A stretch of DNA of 64,000 nt from Octopus vulgaris (GCA_951406725.2 OX597842.1:10106001-10170000), one strand, 5' to 3'; shown: positions 11,467 to 24,338, numbered from the stretch's first letter. Notes: generated by a model not told the origin, from the letters alone. Numbers and translations: made by a program.

Positions 11467-13000
11467 GAAGAAAGGAAGAGGGGAGGAGTAGTTGTGAGAA
11501 GAGTAAAGAAAAGAAAGAGTAAGTAAAGTGTTATCAGAAGAGAGGGAGTAATAGCGAGAAGAAAGAGAAAGAGAGAGAAAAGAGTAGAGAGAGAGAGAGA
11601 GAGAAAGAGAGAGGAAGAAAGTAAGAGGGGAAAAAGAGAGAGAAAAGAGAGTAAATTAAGATAGCGAGAAAGAAAGAGAGAGGTAGAAATAGAGAGGAAG
11701 ACGAGGAGAGAGAGAAATTAAACTGCGACAAACAGAGGGGAAAGGTAGAGAGAGATAGAGAGAAAGAAAGAGAAAATAAGATAGCAACAAAGAGAAATAG
11801 ACAGAAGGTAGAAAGGGAGAGAAAATAAGAGAGAGACAAAGAGAGGGAAGGGAGAGAAAGGGGAATAAGCAGGAAAAACAGAGAAGGTAGAAAAATGAAG
11901 AGAGAGAGAGAGAGAGAGAGCAAATAAGATAAGGAGAGATAGTAGGGAGAGTAAGAGAAAATAGGATAACGAGAAAGAGAGCGAAAAATAGATAAAGCTA
12001 GATAGAAAGAAAGGAAAAGAGAGATGAAGTAGGGAAAGCAAAAGAGCGAGAGAAAGAAACATAAAGATAGACAGAAAGAAAGAGAGATTAAGAGAGAAGA
12101 GAAAGTGAAAGAAAGATAAAGATGGACAGAAAGAAAGAAAAGAGAGTTGAATTAAGGCAAAGTAAAAGAGAGAAAGAAGTAACTGAGAAAGAAAGATAAA
12201 AATAGACAGAAAGGGAGAGTATGAGAGATGAAGTAGGAGAAGTAAAAGAGAGTGAAAGAAAAAGAGAGAGAGAAAAGCGAAAGAAAGACAAAGAGAGAGA
12301 GAAAAGCGAGAGAAATAAAAGAGAGAGAAAGGAAAAGAGAGAGAAATGAAAGAGTGAGGAAGATAAACAAAAAGAAAGAAAGAAAAAGAGAGGGAGAAAA
12401 GAGAGAGAAATAAAAGAGTGCGGAAGATAAAGAAAAAGAACGAAAGAAGAAGAGTGAGAAAGAAAAAGAGAAAGAGAAAAGAGTGAGGAATAAAAGAGAG
12501 GGTAATATAGACAATAAGAAACAAAATGAGTGAGAGAGAGAGTGAAAGAAAAGAAAAAGAGTGAGAGACAGAGAGAGATTGGGAGAGAAAAGTAAAAAGA
12601 AACAATAAACTGTATGATAACGCTCGAATGTGAGAGAGAGAGAGAGAGACATAAAAGAGAGAGAAAGACAGACAAAAAGAAACAAAAAGAGTGACTGAGA
12701 GAGTGAGAGAGAGAGAGCGAGTGAAAGAAAAAAAAAGAGCGAAAGAGACAGAGACGGAGTGAGAGAGAAAAGAAAAAAGAAAATTAACTGTAAGATAACG
12801 CTTGAATGTGAGAGAGAGAGGAAAGAGAGAGAGAGAGACATAAAAGAGAGAGAAAGACAGACAAAAAGAAACAAAAAGAGTGAGTGAGAGAGTGAGAGAG
12901 AGAGCGAGTGAAAGAAAAGAAAAAGAGTAAGAGACAGACAGAGAGTGAGAGAGAGAGAAAAGAAAAAAGAAAAAACCAAACTGTAAGATAATAGCGCTTG
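9841..13000. repeat. ~3.2-kb purine-rich (GA) low-complexity tract with internal duplications
   Basis: Plus strand almost all A/G; repeated AGAGTAAGTAAAGTGTTATCAG (x3) and AACTGTAAGATAACGCTTGAATGTG-like (x3) blocks. Confidence 0.9.
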
Positions 13001-13014
13001 AATGTGTAAGCTGC

Positions 13015-13365
13015 AACGCGATTGGCTGCGAGGTACCGTTGGCGCATGCGTACTTGTGTCTTTCTTCCCGGTCGTCCTTTCCCCAGTTCGCGGTGTTCTA
13101 CTTTGGTTGATCTTAGTGTCGGCCGCGCTGTTTGTACACCATAGTTTTTTTTTTCCACCCCCGTTTGTCTGGTTAAATATACAGCCGAGGTAAATGAAAA
13201 CCATTTTATTCGATTCTCCATTCCCTCTGCTCTGAATTTCAATGAATTTCTTCCCACTTTTCTCCATTTTTTCCGCCCGTTTTCCGCCTCAGAAATATCG
13301 ATGCCATTTTTTTTCCTTCCCCCTCCATGTTTCTTCTTCTTCCGTCTTCATCTCGCCATCTTGGT
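13015..13365 (+). promoter_or_regulatory. Candidate housekeeping-type promoter and first non-coding exon (~13055-13189)
   Basis: CpG-rich patch; reverse CCAAT (GATTGG, 13020); NRF1-like GCGCATGCG (13042); pyrimidine-rich start; donor CCGAG|GTAAAT at 13189/13190; YY1-like CGCCATCTTGG (13354). Confidence 0.6.
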
Positions 13366-15240
13366 TTTTATCTCTTCTTTTTGTTCTTTCTCGCATTCGG
13401 CGCAGGATTTACACCGAAAATTTCATTGAAACATCACCAAAAACACACCCAAAACATTCCTTATTCATTTATTAACACTTTTATGTAATTTTAATCCGTT
13501 TTTTTCCAGCTTTTCCATGTTTTTTCTGTAATCACATTTTTCCCCCCCATTTTATTAAATGCCTCACGTTTAACCGGCATTCAACGGCGATCGATAAGGT
13601 CGAGGCTATTATGATGTTTCACTTCGTGTGGAGAGATTTACTAATTTATTCTTAGAATTAGGACGAATTGAGATCATTTTTAGCCAACAAGAAAAGAATT
13701 TTATATATAATTTCAGCCATAATTGTCTTTTAGCCGACCCGCTATCATGTGCACACTGTGTGCGTATATGTATGTATGTATATATAGAAATGTGTGTGTA
13801 TATAGAGAAAAATAATGTGTATATATTTATATAGAAATAATTGTGTGTGTGTGTATATATATATAGAAATAATTGTGTGTGTATATATATAGAAATAATT
13901 GTGTATATATATAGAAATAATTGTGTATATATTTATATAGAAATAATTGTGTATATATTTATATAGAAATAATTGTGTGTGTATATATATATAGAGAAAT
14001 AATGTGTGTGTGTGTATATATATAGAAAAATGTGTATATATATAGAAATAATTGTGTGTGTATATATATTATAAATGTATGTATATATATTTATAAATGT
14101 GTGTGTGTGTGTGTGTATATATAGTGGCACTTAACTTTTAGAGTCCCCACTATTTTACACACAGGAAAAATATATGTAATTTATATATACTGTTTAGCAG
14201 TTGTGTGTATATAAAACATTAGGGTTTAATGGTAAAAAATTTAAAATCAAATCTTTAGTCACACTTGTTTTATTATGAACAGATTATCTATATATATATT
14301 TATATACACATTTGATTTCCCCATTTAATTCGTTGGACATATGTAGGCTCTATTGTCCTTTAGCTGTCCCACTTTGTATGTTATGTGCGTATGTAGTCAT
14401 ATGGTGGTGGCACTGTTAACTTTTAGAGGTCCCACTGTTACGCATGTGCGTATGTATTGTTTAGTGCAGTCGTTGCTGACCTTCAAAGGCCCTAATTTTG
14501 TGTCCTTATTTTAGTATATACAAAATTTATTCTAGATACTCTGCTTGACATTTAAAAGTAGATTTCTGTATATCATTGTCGTTTTGTTTGACCATTTTTA
14601 ATTTTCAGTGTATATGATTAAACTGTCATCGGGGAAACCAGAAATGTGTGTGTAATACAGTGCTTTGTTCAAGGAAGGGCTTATTTTAATGGGAGAAAGT
14701 GGCACTGCTAACTTTTAGTGGTCCTTAATACATAAACGAAATGTATATATTTTTTTATAAGGGAAGACGAAAGGGAGAAAGAAAGGCACTGATATCTTTT
14801 AGAGGTCCTGGTCACTCACTCTAGCTGGATAAATCTCGGCAAAGATTTGGCAGGTGGGGTGGGAGAAATATTTTTATTTTCTCATAAATCGTATGAATTC
14901 TTTGGGTGTAGCACGCAAATAAACAATTTTGTGGAAATCCCCTCCCCCCCCACAAAACAAAAGCTATGAGAAACCAGAATTCGCTTTTGCCTTTTTATCG
15001 ATAGACTGAAGGCGGCGAAAGTCCTGGGGGTCCATTTTGTCCGGCTAAAATGCTTGAAGGCGGTTTCCCACCATGGCCCGCAGTCTGTTTAAATAGTTAA
15101 AAGATTAGATATATGAGAAAAGAAGTTTTATTTATTAACGTCTAGGGGAGGGGATTGTTTTTCATGTATATAAAATTTAATTCTTTGATTACGCTCGTTT
15201 CAATACTACATGGAGATGTAAATGCCTTCATAATATTAGT

Positions 15241-15468
15241 TTAACCCTTTAGTGTTTAAACCAGCCATATCTGGCCCAAATATTCTATATGTTTTATAAT
15301 CAAACTGGCCATATTTAGCCCCTCAAACCTAACCCACATTGACATTCCAAAAATAAATATTCACATCATTGAAACCTCAAAGCTGTAAGATAATGCATGA
15401 TTAATTCAAAACAATTTGAGCGAAAAAGTATTACATTTAACAGAGTAATCTGAACACTAAGGGGTTAA
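15241..15468. mobile_element. piggyBac-like MITE, family A (also ~47987-48215, 53611-53807, partial 43545-43710 and others)
   Basis: TTAA-CCCTTTAG...CTAAGGGG-TTAA termini. Confidence 0.75.
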
Positions 15469-17248
15469 ACTGTATTTCTTCAGATTAGGTATGAAAAATG
15501 GTTTAATTTTAGTAACTAGAGCACATATACATGTTTGTGTAAGTTTAAATTTTATTACAAAATGAGCGGTAAATCGCCATCAAAGCGTTGCACAATACGT
15601 TGCTTTATTTTCTACCTGTTCATTACACTCTGAGTTCAAATCCTGCTGAAATCAGTTTTTAAAATTTTAATTGTTTTCCCCGGAATGGATGAACTAAAGG
15701 TACTAAGTGATGTATTGAGGTCGATATATAATAGATGCGCTATTTACTTTTAGCGTCCCAATTTAAAAAAAAAAAAAATTGTTAGCAATATAAAATTTTA
15801 TTGCTAGTTTCAAAAGATTTTATTTAAATAATAAAAAATGTTCCCCCCTCTGTTTGTTTCTCTTCACACACCCATTTATTGATTTTTGTTTTAGAAAAAT
15901 TTTTTATTACAACACCGATGACGAATTTTTTCATATTTTAAACGTCAGTGTCTGTTTTCAGGAATTGACCGGTGATCGATTTGCGATATATCAATCATAT
16001 ATATAGCAAACAGCAGCACTCGTTGACTTTTTTTAGAGATCTTTTTTTTTTTTTTTCCCCAATAAAGAAAAAAAAAAACGCTGGCTTCAAACCTTTTTTT
16101 TTTTAAACTAAGCTACTCCTGATCTTAAAGCTTGGTAGATCCTTTTTGTATTGCCTTACCTTACCCCTACTGCGCTCACCAAAAATTTATAAAGGGGGCT
16201 ATGAGCTGCGTGTGTGTGTGTGTGTGTGTCTGCTTAAAGCATTAAAGAGAAATTATACACATTTGATTAACGCTTTAAACAAGGGGTTCTCAACTATTTA
16301 TCTATGGACCCTTTAGATTACTATTCTATTCTGATGGACCCCCTTAATTATTTGATATTTAGGTAAGTCTAGCTTTGTAGAAACTGCTTTCAAAATTCCT
16401 ATTTTGTTGTAGGATTCTTGCAATATATACTTCTAAAGCAAGTTTTTTTTCAGGGGCTCCCCTTTCTTGATTCCCAATTTAAAAAAAAATCAATGAATCC
16501 CGGTTGAGAACTGCTGGGTGAATTTCCTGGTTGTGGTAATTAATCCCTTGCCCGCCCCATTTCCATCAGAAACCTTATGTACCGTTATTTTTTGCGGGAA
16601 AAACTTCCTTTTTAAACCCTGCTTCGAATTTTAAGTATTTTTGAATTTACTGGGTTTTAAAAAAATTTTTTTTTTATTCACCTTGCCATACAGTCGATTA
16701 GAACCGGCCTTTTAAAGGTTTCAAGGCAATCAATCGGTATTGGTCTCAAAAGTGACATATATTTGTTCGGCAAAGACCAATATCGATTGATTTGTCAGTT
16801 TCGAACCGTATTTCAGAATTAGCTACGATCGCACATTCGTTGATGGTGGTGGTGGTTGTCCAAACGAACAGGTTTAACTATTAATCCAATACGGATTAAA
16901 TTCGTTCTGCTTATATTTGAATTTACTGGATTTTCTTGTACGAACTCCACCACTCAAAAAAAAAAAATGTTAGTCTGTGCGTGTGTTCGCGCTTAGATTA
17001 GAACCCGCCATGAAAGGTTTCAAACCGTCGGTGGTGGTGGTCAAGGCCAGTACTCTACAACCGATTTTCACTTGCGGCACAATTGGGGAGAAATTATATT
17101 CAGGTTGCGGAGCGCACTGCTCTACACCGACATTTAAGCATTAATCTAATGTGAATTTTGTTCAAAAATTGAGGGAGAGTGAAAATGATGAAATGGGATC
17201 AGTTCGGCCATTCTTTCGTTACTAGCATGCCTAAATGTTGCAGATAGG

Positions 17249-17674
17249 GGCGATCTTTCGTCTCTAGTAGACCTTTCCGTCGATTTCCGTAAAAAAAATT
17301 AATTTTTTTTTTACATATGGGCTTGCGGGAACTTTTGAAGTAATATACATACATATACACATACACCGAGTAAAAAATTTCAGTTATCTCTTTCTTTCAC
17401 ACATTACTCTGTCTCTTCACACACACTAACAGAAGCACTTCACTTACACAACATATTGTCTCTCCCACACCCCATCAAACACACACACACACACACATGT
17501 ACATCAATACATGCACGGTAACTTCAAAAGAACTTCCCTCGTCATACAATCGCTTTCTCTTAGTCTCTTTCGCTCTCATTACTTCAAAAGTTCCCGCAAG
17601 CCCATATGTAAAAAAAAAAATTTTTTTTTTTTACGGAAATCGACGGAGAGGTCTACTAGAGACGAAAGATTGCC
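17249..17674. mobile_element. MITE with ~95-bp TIRs and 8-bp TSD (Merlin-like)
   Basis: TIR GGCGATCTTTCGTCTCTAGTAGACC / GGTCTACTAGAGACGAAAGATTGCC; TSD CAGATAGG at 17241-17248 and 17675-17682. Confidence 0.85.
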
Positions 17675-17939
17675 CAGATAGGTGTTAAATATAATTTATT
17701 GGCAATGGATCGGAAGCATTAGGTATCTTTTTACAATGTAATTTTTGCAATAAACATGTGGGTTGGAAGGGTTTTAAAGAGAAGCTGGCCGGTAAAAAAT
17801 ACCGGGTGAAATAGAACAAAATCTTCGAGTTACGGAAGCGTTGCTTTTATTTGAAACGAAATTTTGCCGTAACGTGGAACGTGTCATCCTCCTCCTCCGG
17901 CAATATTTTCCGTGTAGCATGGAAGCCATTGGAAATTGC

Positions 17940-18090
17940 ATACACGTGACTGCAGGTGCGGTGGGGTGTGTGTGTGTGTCCGTGTGTCCTTAATCCACAC
18001 AGTTCACTGGAGCAGCTTACTGAGTTTCTTTCGCTAGCAGTGCGGGTTCAGATCGAATCTAATATTAGAAAATAATAGTGTATATTAAAG
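17940..18090 (+). promoter_or_regulatory. Candidate alternative non-coding exon or promoter
   Basis: CACGTGAC E-box at 17943, CpG-rich surroundings, donor AAG|GTATGG at 18090/18091; strong acceptor downstream at 18954. Confidence 0.35.
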
Positions 18091-19886
18091 GTATGGCATA
18101 CGCCCTCCGTAACCTTTTTTTTTTTATAAATTTTCTACGGAAACCTTTCCGATGCTGTGGATGAGAATTTATGAAAAAAAATTTTCCGATGATCGGGAGG
18201 GGAGTCGCGGAAAAATTTGTCTCGTCTCTTCTTCGATAGCTTTATGAAAATTTCCACAAATATATTTGTGTTTAGTTACATCAGAATTTATAGTAATTTT
18301 TACCGCCTAATAGATATTTGTAGGAAATTCCATTAAAAAAAAAAAAAAATTTTTTTTTTTAGGTATGAGGAAACGTGACCAATTCATGTTAATTTCGCTC
18401 ACATTCCTTTCGGATTTTTTCATTTATTTTCCCCCCCACATAAACTTCTGATATAATCGAAGTCTACACCATTTGAATGGTATTTGCAGGAAATTTCATT
18501 ATTTTCTCATAACTTGCAAAAAAAAAAAAATTGGACCATTTTTTTTTTTTTTTTGAAATTTCTACAAATACCTTTGCAAATGGGGTAGATATATAATGAT
18601 GTATAATTGTAATACATTCTCAGAATATGTTGTGAAATTTTTTGCAAAGGTAGGGAGAGAAAATGCCACTTTCCCAGTATTATTTATAATGTAGGACGAT
18701 GATATATAGACAAAGCTAAAGGTGGAAGTTCTTTGTTTTATGTCTAAGAACAGCTTGAAAATAAATTTATATTCAATTCTAGCCACCTTGTTAATTATAA
18801 ATAAAAAAGAGTGTATATATATATATATGTATACACAGCCATAGAAATGCATCTGGTGTTTGTGAAGATTTTTAGCAAGCCTTAAATGGAAGCCAATCTC
18901 ACAAAATGTTTCTAAGACATGTCAAAGTTTTTAACTTTCTCATTTCTCTTTCAGACTTGTTGGCAGCACCAGACAATGGCAGATTGCATATCTGACACTG
19001 GAAGTGTAAATAAAAGCACATGTTGTGCTTGTGGCTCTAGCTGCCTATCCCAGTGATTTGGAGCTAGCTTGTTTGTTGTTGAATGTGGCTGCTTCCTTTG
19101 TATTTTAGGGTCAGCAAAGAGCTGGAGGCCTTTGGATGGCTGGGATGTTTCATCTGTAGCCAAAGGAAACAAATCTCAGCTGCTGTTTGGTGTCTGGTGT
19201 CATCAGGACGATCAAGTTCTCCTGCAGGTCTGGGTACATCAATGAGGGCCGTAGCCCAGTTGCTTAACCCTGTCTGATTAAATGTGATGCTTATTTATTT
19301 GCATTGTCTTGAATTAATCATGCATAATCTTGTAGCTTCAAGATTTTGATCATATGATTGTTTTTAGAACGACATTGTTGGTTAGGTGTGAGAAACCAGA
19401 TCTGGCTGGTTTGTACATAAAACAAGTGGACCATCTGGGCCTGATTGTGGCTGGTTTAAATGCTAAACTGTTTGAGTAGCAAAATCTCGCTACCCTATGT
19501 GTTGTGTGGTACCTAGAGAGAGCAAGTTAGCACTTGCATAAGAAATGGGTATTTCACATCCTGTAGATCTGGCAGACATAATCTGATTGAAATTTTCTTA
19601 CTAGACAAGCTCCAGTATCCACCGTCACAAACCTGCCATGCTCTGATTCTTCTTCAAGGACATTAGTTTATTATTTAGATACAGACAGTAAGAGGCATGG
19701 ATAACTTTCTGCATTGATGTAGTTTTAGTTGGTAAGAACCACCCCTAGAAATTAATAAAAAATGTCACATTTTAGCCAATTAGAAGCTTCCATTGCCAAC
19801 ATAGGTGAAGTTGTACTTTTTTGTTAATGGGAGCAGTGCATGCACACACTCTAGGATAAGACTGAAGATAAAATCATTTCATAGTT

Positions 19887-20148
19887 TAACCCTTTTGTTA
19901 CCAACCCGGCTGAAACCGGCTCTGGCTCTGTTGTACAAATGTCTTGTTTTCTTAAGGCTTTAATTAAAATCTTCCACCAAACCTTAGTCACAATTTATGT
20001 TCCTAATACAAGCTGAACGATAACTAAGTTATTTTACTAAATTCTTTGCTATATTTAAAGCATGGAATGGTGATGACTTGCTATATATTTGCTATATATG
20101 AAAGAAACACAGAACATCTCTAAATAAATACAGTAACGAAAGGGTTAA
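19887..20148. mobile_element. piggyBac-like MITE, family B (same orientation 52911-53137 and 53161-53383; opposite orientation ~35384-35601 and ~45689-45923)
   Basis: TTAA-CCCTTTTGTTACC...GTAACGAAAGGG-TTAA. Confidence 0.8.
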
Positions 20149-20267
20149 ATAAGTAGCTAGTCTTAAACTATACCATAATATCTTTGATTAAAATGGACAT
20201 AAACTGTTTCTGAAAATAAGATAAAATTAGCCTGAAGGTCATTGATCACTGCTATTTGATTAAGAAT

Positions 20268-20323
<56 letters not shown>

Positions 20324-22174
20324 AACCAACACATCAGGGTTCATTGTTTTCTTATCCTTATATGTGTGCTGTCTCCAAAACAGATAATTGACTTCCACTA
20401 TGTTGGCAATGGAGGTTTCAGATTATCTAAAATTACATGACTTTGAAAGATGTTAACGTCTTTATTTATAATTTTTTTAGAAAAGAAAAAAAGATGATTT
20501 ACAAAAAAAAAAAACATTTTTATGGAAAGAGTATAAACAAATTCAGATTTACATGTATATGTGGTATAAAATGCTCAAATACATCTACTCAAGATAAACT
20601 ATTTATTTAGGATGTTATCTGCCAGAGAGTGTTTATAAAAACCTGTTTAATCCTTCAGATTGTTGTTGCTTAGGTGTTTCAAAATATCCGGTTTCCAACT
20701 GAATATTAATCACCCGGTTATTTTTGGATAGCAACCAATTCTTTATGTTGGCTGCAGATATAGGTGAAGACGTGGCTGTGTGGTTACATACTGCTCTTAA
20801 TCAAGCAAGGTTTCAGGTTCAGTCCCATTGTGGAGCATTTTGCACAAGTGCCTTCTATTGCTTCAAGCTGACCAAAAGCTTTGTGAGTGGTTCTTGGTTG
20901 ATGAAAACTGGTAGAAGCTCGTGTGTTGTCCTGGCTTGACATTGCGTGGTGTTGTCACCATCGTGCGAGCAGTCGGTCAAGTCTTATGTGAGAATATGCC
21001 TGCTCTAGGAGAATGTTGCCTTACTTAAAACCAGGTGAGGATTGGTTTACACAAAGGGCATGGCCATAGAAAATCTTTGTCCGACTGGTGCAAGCATGGA
21101 ATGGTGATGACTTGCTAAATGATAATTCAGTCATTAGAGCATCGGATTTTGGTCCATGGTAATCGTTCCAGTTCCTATATACTCGGATCTCACCACGGTC
21201 GATTTGGCCTTTCATCCCTTTTGAGACCGATAAAGTTTTTGGACTTGGATTTCCGTTTTCACTCTGCCCGTCTGATTTTTTTTTTTTCTTTTTTTTCTCT
21301 TCTGGAAGAAATTGTCTGCAGCGAGACATGAAGATGGGATGAGCTGTGCTCAGGTCCCAAAGTCCTTCCTCTCCATTCGGGGTTCAAACTCTAAGCTGCA
21401 TGGTGAACCCATAGTGTTATTACCATGAATAAAGCACTGGGTTATATGCTGTGAACTGGTTGGCAATAACCAGGGCATCCGGCTGCAGAAACCCATGGCA
21501 GCATATTCTCAAGATGATGTATAAAATATATCTTAGTTTGAACCTCTATTGATTGCTTCATTACAAGATGTCTGTAAATATGTGAAATATAATGAGCCCC
21601 TTTTTTTTCAGCATTTTTTTTACCCTTTTCTTTCAGTCATAACGTTTTTGTATAAATTGATTTTTTAAACGTTGAGACGAGATCTGGGTTTTTTTTATGT
21701 CCTAAGCTAATGTCCTAATTGGCGGGAATTTGTAAATTAAGCTTCTACATGTGTGTATGTATATATATATATACACAAACGCTAACACATACCAGGTGGC
21801 CCAAATGTCACTAGAGCATTTCAAAGTATTAACCCCTTTTATTGAATATTGAGATTCTTTTATAAACCAGGAATGGAAAATCTTTTTAGTTTGGAAAATT
21901 GTACTTCAGATGGCTGGTATTTTGTGCTTGACAACTGGGCTTTTTCCTCACTCATTTTAAAATGTGGATAGTTGAACAGTTGGTGTAACCAGTGATGTTC
22001 TGACTTTTGAGCCATCGTGTATATTTATATATGATTGATTGATTCTAGTTTCAAATCACGAGCTGTGGCCATGCAGGGGCACCGCCATATATATATATAT
22101 AATAAATATTAGGGAATAAATCCAAACTTGCAGGGAAAAATCAGATTTAGGATTGAATCCAATTTTATAGTAAA

Positions 22175-22430
22175 ATATATAATATTAAATTAGAGACGAA
22201 ACCACTATTAGGCAAATCAAACAATGAAAAACTTAAGCCAATACATAAGATTATTTAATTTATATTATATAAATATATAACAAAATTATTAAAAAAATAT
22301 AATTAATATTTTTTAAATAATTTTGTTATATATTTAAATAATATAAATTAAATAAACTTATGTATTGGCTTAAGTTTTTCATTGTTTGATTTGCCTAACA
22401 GTGGTTTCGTCTCTAATTTAATATTATATA
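22175..22430. repeat. AT-rich palindrome with ~125-bp arms inside a TA-microsatellite-associated element
   Basis: TTAGAGACGAAACCACTATTAGGCAAATCAAACAATG and its reverse complement; related copy at ~29610-29700. Confidence 0.8.
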
Positions 22431-22980
22431 TATATATATATAAATAAAATGGTGAGCTCTCCTGTAGTCGTAAACGACAGATCCCGCTTCTTGATGTCCA
22501 TATTTTGATCTCGAGTTGGCCTTTGAGACGTAACTGTGCAGACCGGTGATCTTGGGTCAGTTTAGGCGAACCCAACCATGCTTTTATGGTGCTGCGAACC
22601 CGCAATCACCACAGACAAAATCATTTCAAGCGGGTTCCTCTTCCATTTGATAACCACGTTTCTGTCTTGCTTCCAACCGTTTTTAATTAATGAATCCCCA
22701 CCTTCATTCGTTTCGTTTCTCAGCAAAGTCTTCCCAAATGCGAGATCAATATTCCATCGTTTGAAGTTATCCATAAGCTTCCGCTTGTAGCGTGAGTGAG
22801 AAATGTAGAAATTTTCCATTAATTTGTGTCGGTATAGATGTAAGATGAACCGGCATATTATAGAATTTGATGGCCGTTCAGCCTCATGATGCCTTTGAAC
22901 GGGCTTATCGAAAGCGACCCCCTCCCCTTCAGACTGTGGCTTGTTTACTGCAATCCTAACGCTAGCGGGTTCCGCTAAAC

Positions 22981-23184
22981 CAGTGCTTTTAAACCTATTT
23001 GCTGGAGCGGAACCCCAAGGAAACATTTCCTCTGGCTCGAGGAACCCCTGTGTAATAATTTAATAGTCTTATACACGCATATATCTGCACAGGAGAATTT
23101 TAAATTACTGCCGATTTTAGCAGTTTTGTAACTTCTTGCGGAACCCCTGGACTGTACTGGCGGAACCCTGGTTGAAAACCACTG
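22981..23184. mobile_element. hAT-like MITE with 8-bp TSD
   Basis: CAGTG...CACTG termini and TSD CGCTAAAC; second copy 57662-57840 with TSD CCTTATAT. Confidence 0.85.
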
Positions 23185-23627
23185 CGCTAAACCCTAAAAG
23201 TAGTGCTCCAGCATTGCCGCAATCCAATGGCTGGAGCGTGCTTGTGTGTGTGTCTGTAGATGTATAAATTCGTGCGTAGCTAAATCGTTGGTTTTTGTGA
23301 TAAAACAAGTCGTAAAATTTGCTGGCGCACCCTCACATGTTGAGTTTTGTTTAATTACTTTAAAATATATCGGGAATCTATTGTGTATGTCTGTCAGAAA
23401 TTATGAAAAGCTAGGTTTTCAGTGCAGTTTTTCTCAAATCTTTGAAAATGTAGGGCGACAGATGTGTTTGTCCGCTTAACTGGTTTTTGTATTTTAAACT
23501 ACGTAGAAAAATTTTTGGGGTTAAACTAGACTCAGTAGCCGTTTATGGATAAAATATTACAAATTTGATACACAGCTGTGTGTATGTGTATATATACACA
23601 TAATCCGAAATGTACAGTATTATATGA

Positions 23628-23687
23628 CCATCACCGCTGATCGTACCAATCGGTTTCACGCAAGATTGGTAAGATCGGCCGTGATGG
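23628..23687 (+). ncRNA. Pre-miRNA-like hairpin
   Basis: CCATCACCGCTGATCGTACCAATC / GATTGGTAAGATCGGCCGTGATGG: 24-bp stem with 2 mismatches and 1 G-U, 12-nt loop. Confidence 0.4.
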
Positions 23688-24037
23688 ATATATACTATAT
23701 AATATATCCTATGTTATATATAGACAGCTTTACTTTCTATGAGCGTGCACGTGTATACACACACACGAGTGGGATATGATGTGGATAGTTGAATAATTGG
23801 TGATTTGGTGGGCTAGTTTTCTTTATTTTTGCCGATTTGTGAATGTACAGTTGCATCGTATAATGCAGGACGCGTGTAAGCATAATTTGTTCTACACTGA
23901 AATTAATACTAATCGAAAAAGTTGTGAAACGGCTGTAACCCCTTGGTTAAATATAATATTCACTTCCTATACCTCCTGACTTGAATGTGTGTTTTGTTAA
24001 AATTACCGGTTTTGTTTTTATAAATATTTTACAAATA

Positions 24038-24338
24038 GGTAAATATTTCGTGAGGAACCCGCGAAATTTCTTTCCACCGGGTTTTTCTCCGAGTGCATTC
24101 AACGTGTCTGACCTCCAAACCCGCAGCAATCCCCCCTTTTTTTTTCTCATGGGAGGGGGGTATAAGGTGGTGGAGACGTCGGAGTTCCCCCACCAGCGGT
24201 TTTCCTTTCCCGGGTTATTTCGCATAAATCACGCGTAAACGGTTCCTTTCCCCAGACACGTTGAATGCTCTCGAAAAACCCTATTAAAAAAAAGATTTCA
24301 CACCGAGGTACGAACTGTTCCATTACGAAATATTTACC
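24038..24338. mobile_element. Fold-back element, probably a MITE with GGTAA termini
   Basis: GGTAAATATTTCGTGAGGAAC pairs with GTTCCATTACGAAATATTTACC; inner 20/21-bp inverted repeat at 24090-24110 / 24253-24273. Confidence 0.55.

Noticed and set aside
9838-13267. Long Leu/Ser/Phe-rich minus-strand ORFs (up to 432 aa)
   Set aside because: Translations of a GA/CT low-complexity tract that lacks stops by composition; several frames are open at once
22562-23026. 154-aa minus-strand ORF
   Set aside because: Starts inside a MITE, no recognisable domain or splice support; the plus-strand structure explains the region better
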